A stretch of DNA of 64,000 nucleotides from contig LDXR01000006.1 in the NCBI GenBank assembly GCA_001443495.1, positions 11,059 through 75,058 of the forward strand, read 5' to 3'. Both the position numbers and the translations under genes were made by a program. The notes below the pieces were generated by a model, which worked only from the letters and a program-made list of their open reading frames with translations, had not been told where the DNA came from and made no database searches. Source of the stretch: a candidate division NC10 bacterium CSP1-5. GTDB taxonomy: Bacteria > Methylomirabilota > Methylomirabilia > Methylomirabilales > CSP1-5. Shown here piece after piece: positions 45,678 to 53,771 of the stretch. The first letter of the stretch is position 1. Each line of letters begins with the position of its first letter.

Positions 45678-47014
45678 TGTCCGGCCCGAGGGGGACGGAA
45701 GACCTCAGGAAGGCGGCCGGGGAGATCTTCCAGGCAGCGCTTGATGCGGCCAATCCGCGGATTGCGATTCATCGCCATGTCCGTCGGGAGGGGGAGAGGC
45801 TGCTGGCGAATGGAGCGGTGTACGATCTCAGCCGGGGAAGGGTGTATGTCGTCGGCGCGGGGAAGGCCTGTGCCGCGATGGCGGCCGCCGTGGAGGAGGT
45901 CCTCGGGGATCGGATTCGCGACGGGGTGGTGGTGGTGAAGGATGGGTACGCCATTCCCCTGCGGCGTATCCGGGTCACCCAGGCGGGCCATCCCGTCCCC
46001 GATGCGCGCGGGGCGGAGGGGACCTCGGCCATCCTCGCGCTGCTCACCGAGACCGGACCGGAGGACCTGGTGATCGTCCTCATCTCGGGCGGTGGCTCGG
46101 CCCTGCTTCCTGCCCCCGTCGCGGGGATCGACCTTATCGATAAGCAGACGATGACCCGCGTGCTGCTCGCCTGCGGTGCGACTATTGAAGAGATCAACGC
46201 CGTCAGGAAACATTGCTCGCGGATCAAGGGTGGGCAGATGGCGAGGGCGCTCTTCCCGGCCCGCTCCCTCACCCTGATCCTCTCCGATGTGATCGGCGAT
46301 CCGGTCGATGCGATCGCCTCCGGCCCGACCGTGCCGGACACGACGACCTATGGGGAGGCGCTGGAGGTCCTTCGCCGGTACCGCATCGAGGACCGCATCC
46401 CGGTGAGCATTCTGCGGCATCTCGAGCGGGGCGCGAGAGGCGAGATTCCGGAGACGCCCAAGGCCGGCGACCCATGCTTCGCGACGGCGCATCATCGCAT
46501 CGTCGGGAACAACCTCCAGTCGCTCTTGGCGGCCCGCGATCGGGCAGCGCGACTGGGATTTCAGGCCCTCATTCTGACGACGGAGCTCAAAGGGGAGAGT
46601 CGGGAGGTGGCCAAGGTGTTGACCGCCCTGCTGCTGGAGATGCGCCGATCCGGTCACCCCGTGTCGCCGCCCGCCTGTCTCCTCCTCGGCGGAGAGACCA
46701 CGGTGACGGTCCGCGGGAAAGGAAAGGGGGGCCGTAGTCAAGAGCTCGTGCTGGCGGGTGCCATCGCCATCGCCGGTGGGCGGGACCTGGTCATCTGGAG
46801 CGCCGGGACCGATGGGACCGACGGACCGACCGACGCAGCGGGGGCAGTCGCGGATGGTGACACCTGGGCTCGGGCGAAAGAGGTCGGGCTCGATCCCCTG
46901 CGCGCCCTCGAGGAGAATGACGCCTATCACTTTTTCGAAGGACTCGGCGATCTGATCAAGACCGGCCCAACCCTGACCAACGTCATGGACATCCTCCTCC
47001 TCCTGGCCGGCTGA
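45674..47014 (+). CDS. Glycerate 2-kinase / hydroxypyruvate reductase-like protein (MOFRL family)
   Basis: VVGAGKA, SGGGSALL, CSRIKGG, SAGTDGTDGPTDAAGA motifs of the DUF4147-MOFRL family. Confidence 0.8.
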   Translation: MMSGPRGTEDLRKAAGEIFQAALDAANPRIAIHRHVRREGERLLANGAVYDLSRGRVYVVGAGKACAAMAAAVEEVLGDRIRDGVVVVKDGYAIPLRRIRVTQAGHPVPDARGAEGTSAILALLTETGPEDLVIVLISGGGSALLPAPVAGIDLIDKQTMTRVLLACGATIEEINAVRKHCSRIKGGQMARALFPARSLTLILSDVIGDPVDAIASGPTVPDTTTYGEALEVLRRYRIEDRIPVSILRHLERGARGEIPETPKAGDPCFATAHHRIVGNNLQSLLAARDRAARLGFQALILTTELKGESREVAKVLTALLLEMRRSGHPVSPPACLLLGGETTVTVRGKGKGGRSQELVLAGAIAIAGGRDLVIWSAGTDGTDGPTDAAGAVADGDTWARAKEVGLDPLRALEENDAYHFFEGLGDLIKTGPTLTNVMDILLLLAG

Positions 47015-47039
47015 GCGAAACTCTCGAGGAAATTGCTTG

Positions 47040-47068
47040 TTGACGCAGGAAATACCATCATATAGTTT
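47040..47068 (+). promoter_or_regulatory. Candidate promoter for ffh (TTGACG, then TATAGT at 15 nt or TAGTTT at 17 nt)
   Basis: Motif match in the AT-rich spacer upstream of ffh. Confidence 0.35.
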
Positions 47069-47105
47069 AGAGCTTTATGCGAGGCCTCTCCCATAGGGCG
47101 CACCG

Positions 47106-48431
47106 ATGTTTCAGCGCTTGACCGACCGGCTTCAGGCAATATTCAAGAGGCTTCGCGGCCACGGGAAGCTCACCGAAGATGAGATTAACACTGCGCTGCG
47201 GGAGATCCGTCTCGCCCTGCTCGAGGCGGATGTCCACTACGGCGTGGCGAAGGACTTTCTGAATCGGGTCCGGGAGCGGGCCATTGGCCGCGAGGTCCTT
47301 CAGTCGCTCACCCCGGGGCAGCAGGTCGTCAAGATCGTCTTTGAGGAGCTGACCCTGCTCTTGGGCGGGCAGGGGACCGGCTTGGCCTCCGCGCCCCACC
47401 CGCCGTCGGTGGTGCTGCTGGTCGGGCTTCAGGGGTCCGGGAAGACCACCACGGCGGGGAAGCTGGCCACGCTCCTCAAGGGCCAGGGGCGGACGCCTCT
47501 TCTCGTCGCGGCGGATACGCGTCGGCCCGCAGCAGCATCGCAACTTCAAGTGGTCGCGGGAAAGATCGGGGTCGAGGTCTTTACCGATCCTCACGCCTCA
47601 CCCCCGGACATGTGTCAGGAAGCGGTCCGATACGCCCGAGGGAGGGGCCTCGACCCGGTTCTCGTGGACACCCAAGGGAGGCTACACATTGATGATGGCC
47701 TCATGGCAGAACTCCGGGCCGTCACGGAGGCGGTCCGTCCGGGTGAGACCCTCCTGGTGTTGGATGCCATGACCGGTCAGGACGCCCTGGGCGTCGCCAC
47801 CACATTTCATCGGCGTGTGACCCTCAGCGGTGTGATCCTCACCAAGCTGGATGGGGATGCCCGAGGAGGGGCGGCCCTCTCTGTTCGGGCCGTGACGGGA
47901 TGTCCCATCAAGTTCATCGGCGTCGGAGAGAAGCTGGACGCGCTCGAGCCGTTTCATCCAGAACGAATGGCCTCGCGGATCCTCGGGATGGGCGATGTCC
48001 TGTCCCTGGTGGAGCGGGCAGAGGCCGCGGTGGATCGGGTGCGGGCTGAGGAGCTGGCGCGAAAGATCCAGCGGGATGCGTATACGCTCGAGGACTTTCG
48101 CGAACAGCTCGTCCAGATGCGAGGGATGGGGTCGATCGAGGAGATCCTGGGGATGCTCCCGGGCTTCCCCGCGGGGATGGGCGGCCTGCAGACGGACGGC
48201 AGGGCGTTCACCCGGATGGAGGCCATTCTGAATTCCATGACCCGGGAGGAACAGCGCAACCCGGCGATCCTGAATGGGAGCCGGCGTCAGCGCATTGCCA
48301 AGGGGTCCGGGACATCGGTGGCGGAGGTGAACCAGCTTTTGCGGCAGTTTCAACAGACCCAGCGACTGATGCGACAGGTGCTCCAGGCGGGGAAAAAGAG
48401 GAAGGGACCGGGCATATTCCCTCTGGGGTAG
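47106..48431 (+). CDS. ffh: Signal recognition particle protein Ffh
   Basis: NG domain with GLQGSGKTTT, DTRRPAA, LTKLDGDARGG; Met-rich M domain. Confidence 0.97.
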   Translation: MFQRLTDRLQAIFKRLRGHGKLTEDEINTALREIRLALLEADVHYGVAKDFLNRVRERAIGREVLQSLTPGQQVVKIVFEELTLLLGGQGTGLASAPHPPSVVLLVGLQGSGKTTTAGKLATLLKGQGRTPLLVAADTRRPAAASQLQVVAGKIGVEVFTDPHASPPDMCQEAVRYARGRGLDPVLVDTQGRLHIDDGLMAELRAVTEAVRPGETLLVLDAMTGQDALGVATTFHRRVTLSGVILTKLDGDARGGAALSVRAVTGCPIKFIGVGEKLDALEPFHPERMASRILGMGDVLSLVERAEAAVDRVRAEELARKIQRDAYTLEDFREQLVQMRGMGSIEEILGMLPGFPAGMGGLQTDGRAFTRMEAILNSMTREEQRNPAILNGSRRQRIAKGSGTSVAEVNQLLRQFQQTQRLMRQVLQAGKKRKGPGIFPLG

Positions 48432-48467
48432 GGTCGGATCCATAGGCTGGGAAAGGGAGGTGGTCGG

Positions 48468-48749
48468 ATGGCCGTACGGCTCAGGTTGAAGCGGATCGGA
48501 ACCAACAAGCGGCCCATCTTTCGGATTGTGGTGGCGGATGTTCGAACCCCACGGGATGGCCGCGTCATCGAGAGCATCGGGGTCTACAATCCTCTCCAGA
48601 AGTCCGCAGCACTGACCCTTGATGAGGAGAAGGCCCTCTCCTGGCTGCAGAGGGGTGCGCGGCCGACGGCGACGGTGCGTGAGCTCCTTTCGACCGCCGG
48701 GGTTTTGGAGCGGTTTGCCGGCCTCAGGAAGGCTCGGAAAAGCGCTTGA
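48468..48749 (+). CDS. rpsP: 30S ribosomal protein S16
   Basis: MAVRLRLKRIGTNKRPIFRIVVAD. Confidence 0.95.
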   Translation: MAVRLRLKRIGTNKRPIFRIVVADVRTPRDGRVIESIGVYNPLQKSAALTLDEEKALSWLQRGARPTATVRELLSTAGVLERFAGLRKARKSA

Positions 48750-48842
48750 CGTCGAGCGGCTCATTGATCGGAGCCTGGGGGTCGAGGGCCACCTCCCTCA
48801 GGGTTTCCCGGGACGGGCCGCGACGGCACTGAGGAGACGGAC

Positions 48843-49076
48843 GTGTTGAAGGAACTGGTGGAGTATGTCGCGAAGGCCTTGGTGGACAACCCCGATGCGG
48901 TGGTCGTGGAGGCGGTCGAGGACGAGAAAACGACGATGCTCAGGCTCAAGGTGGCCCAGGCGGATTTGGGGCGGGTGATCGGAAAGCAGGGACGGACCGC
49001 GAGGGCGATGCGGACGCTTCTTCACGCGACAGCGGCCAAGTCTCGGCGACGGGCGGTGCTTGAGATCGTCGAGTAG
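48843..49076 (+). CDS. KH-domain RNA-binding protein (YlqC/UPF0109 family)
   Basis: 77 aa, VIGKQGRTARAMRTLL (GxxG KH loop); conserved position between rpsP and rimM. Confidence 0.8.
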   Translation: MLKELVEYVAKALVDNPDAVVVEAVEDEKTTMLRLKVAQADLGRVIGKQGRTARAMRTLLHATAAKSRRRAVLEIVE

Positions 49077-49079
49077 GTC

Positions 49080-49604
49080 GTGACGTCTCAAGAGTTATTG
49101 GTCCTGGGCCGGGTGCTCGGGCCCTGGGGGCTCCGTGGGGCGGTGAAGGTCCAGTCCCACGCCGAGTCTCGCTCGGTCTTATCTCCGGGGAATGTGGTCA
49201 TCCTCCGCGGGCCGCGGGGCAGTTCGGAGGCGCTTCTCACAGCGATCCGGCCTCTCAGGCATCTGCTGGTGGCCACCTTCCAGGGTATCGACAGCCGGAA
49301 GGCGGCGGAGGCGGTGCGGGGCTTCGAGATCTGCATTTCGCGGACGGCAGCCCCGGCGCTGCCGGAGGCGACGTATTATCATCACGACATCCTCGGCCTG
49401 ACGGTCCAGACGGAGGCGGGGGAGGGGCTCGGCGAGATCGTGGACATCTGGCCATCGGCTGCTCACGACCTGTACGTGGTTCGGCGGGATGCCGGGGAGT
49501 GGCTCCTGCCCGCCGTCCGGGCTTTCATCCTGCGGGTTGATTTGGCGAGGCGCGTGATGGTCGTTCGGCCGATAGAAGGGTTGGTGGACGCTGAGACGGT
49601 ATGA
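49080..49604 (+). CDS. rimM: 16S rRNA processing protein RimM
   Basis: [19 protein letters not shown]-terminus and PRC-barrel C-terminal half. Confidence 0.9.
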   Translation: MTSQELLVLGRVLGPWGLRGAVKVQSHAESRSVLSPGNVVILRGPRGSSEALLTAIRPLRHLLVATFQGIDSRKAAEAVRGFEICISRTAAPALPEATYYHHDILGLTVQTEAGEGLGEIVDIWPSAAHDLYVVRRDAGEWLLPAVRAFILRVDLARRVMVVRPIEGLVDAETV

Positions 49605-50364
49605 TATCGTAACGATCTTCCCCGGGATGTTTTCCGGGCCCCTCGACCAGAGCATCCTGAGGCGGGCCCAGGAAAAGAATCTGGTAGAGATTCGGGTTCA
49701 TGACCTGAGAGATTGGACCCATGACCGGCATCGGGTGGTGGATGACGTCCCGTACGGCGGCGGGGCGGGGATGGTACTGAAGCCGGAACCTTTCTTTGAA
49801 GCCGCGGATGCCCTGCGGCAGGATGAGAGTCAGGTACTCCTCCTGACCCCTCAAGGGGAGCGATTCAATCACGCGACGGCCTGCCGGCTGGCGGAGGCGA
49901 GGCATCTCATCTTCCTCTGTGGGCGATACGAGGGCTTTGATGAACGGGTCCGGACCTTGGCAGACCGTGAGATCTCCATTGGCGACTACGTGGTGAGCGG
50001 CGGCGAGCTGCCGGCCCTGGTGTTGATCGATGCGACCGTCCGACTGATCCCCGGGGTGCTCGGGGATCAGGACTCGGCGGGGCAGGATTCCTTTGCCGGT
50101 GCCGGGGGCCTGCTCGACTATCCCCAATATACCCGGCCTCCCCTGTATCGGGGGCTCCGGGTTCCCGAGGTGCTGCTCTCGGGGGATCACGAACAAATTC
50201 GGCGTTGGCGGCGGAAAGAGGCGTTACACCGAACACTGCAGCGTCGACCGGATCTCTTGGACCGGGCGGCCCTTTCCGTCGAGGATCAAGGACTCCTGTC
50301 TGAGATACGGGCCAAGGAGGACGGCGAGATGTCCAACACACGGAGAGGTCATGAACATCGATAA
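49591..50364 (+). CDS. trmD: tRNA (guanine37-N1)-methyltransferase TrmD (start codon unresolved, CTG 49591 proposed)
   Basis: [11 protein letters not shown]..., [24 protein letters not shown] motifs. The conserved N-terminal strand lies upstream of the first in-frame ATG (49627). Confidence 0.9.
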   Translation: MRRYDIVTIFPGMFSGPLDQSILRRAQEKNLVEIRVHDLRDWTHDRHRVVDDVPYGGGAGMVLKPEPFFEAADALRQDESQVLLLTPQGERFNHATACRLAEARHLIFLCGRYEGFDERVRTLADREISIGDYVVSGGELPALVLIDATVRLIPGVLGDQDSAGQDSFAGAGGLLDYPQYTRPPLYRGLRVPEVLLSGDHEQIRRWRRKEALHRTLQRRPDLLDRAALSVEDQGLLSEIRAKEDGEMSNTRRGHEHR

Positions 50365-50722
50365 ACACATGAAGTCGGTTGAGGCCCCGTCCTTGCGGGT
50401 CGATCTCCCCCCGTTCAGGCCCGGCGATACTGTTCGGGTCCATGTCAAGGTGAGGGAGGCAGAGAAGGAGCGGCTTCAGGTGTTCGAGGGGATCGTGCTC
50501 CGGCGGCGGGCGGCGGGCCTCGGGTCTACCTTTACGGTCCGGAAGGTGAGCTACGGCGTCGGGGTGGAACGCACCTTTCCCCTCCATTCCCCCGTGATCG
50601 AGCGGATCGAGCGCGTGCGGACTGGCCGTGTGCGCCGGGCGAAGCTTTACTATTTGCGGGGGCGGCGAGGGAAGGCGGCGCGCATTCGCGAGACGAGGAC
50701 AGGCGCCGACACCAAGAGGTGA
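50351..50722 (+). CDS. rplS: 50S ribosomal protein L19
   Basis: [29 protein letters not shown]...; ATG 50351 after SD GGAGAGG. Confidence 0.95.
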   Translation: MNIDKHMKSVEAPSLRVDLPPFRPGDTVRVHVKVREAEKERLQVFEGIVLRRRAAGLGSTFTVRKVSYGVGVERTFPLHSPVIERIERVRTGRVRRAKLYYLRGRRGKAARIRETRTGADTKR

Positions 50723-50786
50723 GGTGCCTCCGCAAGGGCGGCTCGGAGCAGACCTTGAGCGGCTCGACTGAACTCGCCGAAGTCCT

Positions 50787-51434
50787 GTGGAAGGGCGGGG
50801 AGGGATGAGGGGAATCGAGGGGGCGATCCGCCGGAGGGGATTTCGCCGGCTCGCAGGGGTAGATGAGGCGGGGCGAGGAGCGCTGGCCGGGCCGGTGGTG
50901 GCGGCGGCGGTGATTCTGAGGGATGGCCGACCGATTCCCGGGGTGACCGATTCCAAGCTGCTGAGTGAAGAGCGGCGCGAAGGGCTCTACCAGCAGATCG
51001 TGGACGAGGCCCTGGCGGTGGCCATAGGGATCGTGGAGGTCCCCATCATTGAGCTGCGGAATATTCTCCAGGCGACGCTCCTGGCCATGGAGCGGGCCGT
51101 GGCGGAACTCAGGGTAGCCCCCGACGGGATCGTCGTCGACGGGCTGGCCGTTCCCCAGGTTGAACCGACCGTCTTTCCCGTGCCCCGAGGCGATCTCCAG
51201 TGTCCGTCTGTCGGTGCCGCCTCCATCGTGGCCAAGGTGACCCGAGACCGGATGATGAGAGAGTATCACCAGACGTATCCAGTCTACGGCTTCGATCGGC
51301 ACAAGGGATACGGCACGGAGGCGCATCTTCGCGCGATCGCAGAGCACGGGCTGAGCCCTATCCATCGGCGGACCTTCGCGCGGGTCCGGCAGATCCCGCT
51401 TCCCCTGGTGGCGGCGGGGAGGCAGCGGTGCTAG
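50787..51434 (+). CDS. rnhB: Ribonuclease HII
   Basis: AGVDEAGRGALAGPVVAAAV, DSKLLS, IVAKVTRD motifs. Alternative ATG 50805. Confidence 0.9.
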   Translation: MEGRGGMRGIEGAIRRRGFRRLAGVDEAGRGALAGPVVAAAVILRDGRPIPGVTDSKLLSEERREGLYQQIVDEALAVAIGIVEVPIIELRNILQATLLAMERAVAELRVAPDGIVVDGLAVPQVEPTVFPVPRGDLQCPSVGAASIVAKVTRDRMMREYHQTYPVYGFDRHKGYGTEAHLRAIAEHGLSPIHRRTFARVRQIPLPLVAAGRQRC

Positions 51435-51814
51435 ATCGGCGGGCGGTCGGGATCGAGGGGGAGGCGGTGGCTCGCCGGTTCCTGGAGGACCTCGGGTTCC
51501 GCATCGTGGAGGAGAACTTCAGCTGTGCGCTAGGGGAGATTGATCTCATCGCCGAGGAGGGGGACGTCCTCGTCTTCGTGGAGGTGAAGACAAGACGCTC
51601 CGCCCGTTTTGGGACGCCGGCGGAGGCCGTGCATGCGAGGAAGCAGCGGCAGATCCTGCGGGTCGCCGAGGCGTATATGAGAGAGCGCCGCCTCCGGGGT
51701 CCCTGTCGCGTGGATGTGGTGGGCGTCGAGTTTCCGGGGCAGGGGACCGAGGCGCGGGTCGAGCTGATCCGGAATGCGGTCCAGGGGACCGGGCGGCAGT
51801 GGGGGGGAACATGA
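51428..51814 (+). CDS. yraN: YraN-family endonuclease (UPF0102)
   Basis: GEAVARRFLEDLGFRIVEENF...GEIDLIA...LVFVEVKTR pattern. GTG 51428 overlaps the rnhB stop. Confidence 0.85.
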   Translation: MLDRRAVGIEGEAVARRFLEDLGFRIVEENFSCALGEIDLIAEEGDVLVFVEVKTRRSARFGTPAEAVHARKQRQILRVAEAYMRERRLRGPCRVDVVGVEFPGQGTEARVELIRNAVQGTGRQWGGT

Positions 51815-51996
51815 AACCGACGGGTGCCGGAGAGGCTGCGGAGGAGAAAGACCGGATCATTGCGTACACGTGTCACGCCTGTAGGAGCCGAGGGATGGAC
51901 CCCCCGAAGAGCAAAAAAGGGAACTACACCTGCCCCGAATGCGGCGACCAGGTCGAGATCAGTGAGAAGCGGGTGGTGAAAAAGAAGGGGCGGTAG
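51811..51996 (+). CDS. Small zinc-ribbon protein (61 aa)
   Basis: CHAC...CPEC pair and Lys-rich tail; ATGA overlap with the yraN stop suggests translational coupling. Confidence 0.5.
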   Translation: MKPTGAGEAAEEKDRIIAYTCHACRSRGMDPPKSKKGNYTCPECGDQVEISEKRVVKKKGR

Positions 51997-52039
51997 GCGA
52001 AGTTGACGGCGGCCTCCCCCTCTGGTATCCTGAACAGAC

Positions 52040-52061
52040 CCTCGAAGGCGAGGTTTTTTTT
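52040..52061 (+). terminator. Short hairpin plus T8 downstream of the yraN/zinc-ribbon operon
   Basis: CCTCG-aagg-CGAGG followed by TTTTTTTT. The stem is only 5 bp. Confidence 0.45.
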
Positions 52062-52090
52062 GGGGCCGAAGCTTACCGAACGGTAGGTAA

Positions 52091-52669
52091 ATGACGACCA
52101 AAGCCCGGATCGCGCAGGTGGCCAGGCGGGAGTTCGCCCGGCGGGGGTTCGACGCGACGTCGATCCGCCAGATCGTGGCCGAGGCCCGCGTCACCAAGCC
52201 GGTCCTCTACTACTACTTCAAGAACAAGAGGGATCTCTTCCTGAGTCTTCTCGAGGAGGCCGTCGCCCCCCTGTGCGATGAGGTGGAACGGATCGCCAGC
52301 GGGGACGGCACGCCGCGCGATCGGATGGCCGAAATTATCGCGGCCGTCCTCCGGTTTGCGGAGAAGAGGTCTGACGAGTTCAGGCTCCTGCATCGCGCGG
52401 TAGAGCGCCGTGAGCGGGAAGTGCAGGTCCTCGCCCAAAAGTACTTCCGTCGGAACTTCCAGGCAATTTCGGGCGTCCTCCAGGAGGGCGTGGACCGGGG
52501 AGACTTCCGCTCCCTCAACGTCCCCCAGGCCACCTTCAGCGTCATTGCCATCCTGATCTATTTCCTGACCCGTGAGCATGTCATCGATGAGGTTCTGGGG
52601 GAGCGGGGGGCGTGGAAGGCCCTGATGGAGACCCTGCATGGCCACATTCTCGCCCTCGTGGCGGTCTGA
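52091..52669 (+). CDS. TetR-family transcriptional regulator
   Basis: N-terminal HTH (ARREFARRGFDATSIRQIVAEARVTKPVLYYYF). Confidence 0.85.
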   Translation: MTTKARIAQVARREFARRGFDATSIRQIVAEARVTKPVLYYYFKNKRDLFLSLLEEAVAPLCDEVERIASGDGTPRDRMAEIIAAVLRFAEKRSDEFRLLHRAVERREREVQVLAQKYFRRNFQAISGVLQEGVDRGDFRSLNVPQATFSVIAILIYFLTREHVIDEVLGERGAWKALMETLHGHILALVAV

Positions 52670-52678
52670 GGTGCGGAC

Positions 52679-53761
52679 GTGACCGGCTGGCGCGAGGTGG
52701 CTGGAGCGGTGCTGGGGCTGATGGTGGTGGGGAGCCGGGCGCCGGTCCATGCCCAGGGGCCGCCGGCCGTTGCCGTCGAGGTGGCACCGGTCGTCGAACG
52801 GGCGGTGGAGCGCGAGATCCAGGCGGTGGGGACCGTGGAGGCAAACCTCACCACGACGGTCAGCGCCGAGGTGGCCGGTGCCGTCGCCCGGTTCGATCTC
52901 CGGGAAGGGGAGCATCTGACAAAGGGTCAGGTCCTCGCCCGCCTGCGCCGCAGTGACCTTGAGATCGGGCTCAAGGAGGCGGAGGCGAACCTGGACGAGA
53001 AGCGAGCGCTCTTCGTACGGGCGGAGCAGGACCATCAACGCTTCCAGGCCCTCTTTACCGAGGGCGCCATCAGCGCGGCCGAACTCGATCGCGTCGGTGC
53101 GGGCGCGCGGGCGGCCAAGGCGCAGAAGGAATCGGCGGAGGAGGCCTTGCGCAGGGTCGCGGACCAGCTCCGTCGGACGACCGTGGTAGCCCCCTTCAGC
53201 GGCTACCTGGTGAAGAAGCACGCCGAGGTCGGTCAGTGGATCGAGGAGGGGGGGAAGGTCGCGGACCTGGTGGACATCGACATCGTCTACGTCATGATCC
53301 CCGTCAACGAGCGGGACATCGGCAGGGTCCGGCAGGGAAATGAGGCGACCCTCACGGTAGATACGTATCCCGGTCGGGTCTTCCGGGGTCGGGTCACCCA
53401 CATCGTCCCCCAGGCCGACGTGGCGAGCCGGAACTTTCCCGTGCGGATCAAGGTCGATAACCTCCCCGATCGCCTCTTGAAGGCGGGGATGTTCGCGCGC
53501 GTGGCGGTCCGATACGGGGAGCCGCGGCAGGGTCTCTTTATCCCGAAAGACGCCGTGGTCGTCCGGGGGCGGGACCAGGTGGTCTTCGTGGTGCAGGATG
53601 GGAAGGCCCGCATGCTCCCCGTCAAGGCGGGGCGGCCGCACGAAGGATTCACTGAGGTGGTCGAAGGCAGCCTGAAGTCGGGTGACACCGTCGTCGTCAC
53701 GGGCAACGAGGCGCTGCTGGATCAGGCGGCCGTCGTGGTGAAGGAGCGTCTGCGCAACTGA
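52679..53761 (+). CDS. RND efflux periplasmic adaptor (membrane fusion protein)
   Basis: Signal/anchor, lipoyl and coiled-coil hairpin, beta-barrel segments (VVAPFSGYL, RVFRGRVTHIVPQAD). Confidence 0.88.
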   Translation: MTGWREVAGAVLGLMVVGSRAPVHAQGPPAVAVEVAPVVERAVEREIQAVGTVEANLTTTVSAEVAGAVARFDLREGEHLTKGQVLARLRRSDLEIGLKEAEANLDEKRALFVRAEQDHQRFQALFTEGAISAAELDRVGAGARAAKAQKESAEEALRRVADQLRRTTVVAPFSGYLVKKHAEVGQWIEEGGKVADLVDIDIVYVMIPVNERDIGRVRQGNEATLTVDTYPGRVFRGRVTHIVPQADVASRNFPVRIKVDNLPDRLLKAGMFARVAVRYGEPRQGLFIPKDAVVVRGRDQVVFVVQDGKARMLPVKAGRPHEGFTEVVEGSLKSGDTVVVTGNEALLDQAAVVVKERLRN

Positions 53762-53771
53762 GGAGCCCGCC

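Noticed and set aside
50093-50350. ORF-table N-terminal extension of rplS
   Set aside because: It overlaps trmD in another frame. L19 homology starts at MNIDKHM (ATG 50351) behind a GGAGAGG SD.
52074-52085. TACCGAACGGTA as TetR operator
   Set aside because: It has only 5-bp arms with a 2-nt centre, which is too weak to call as a feature without binding data. It is mentioned in the efflux finding only.
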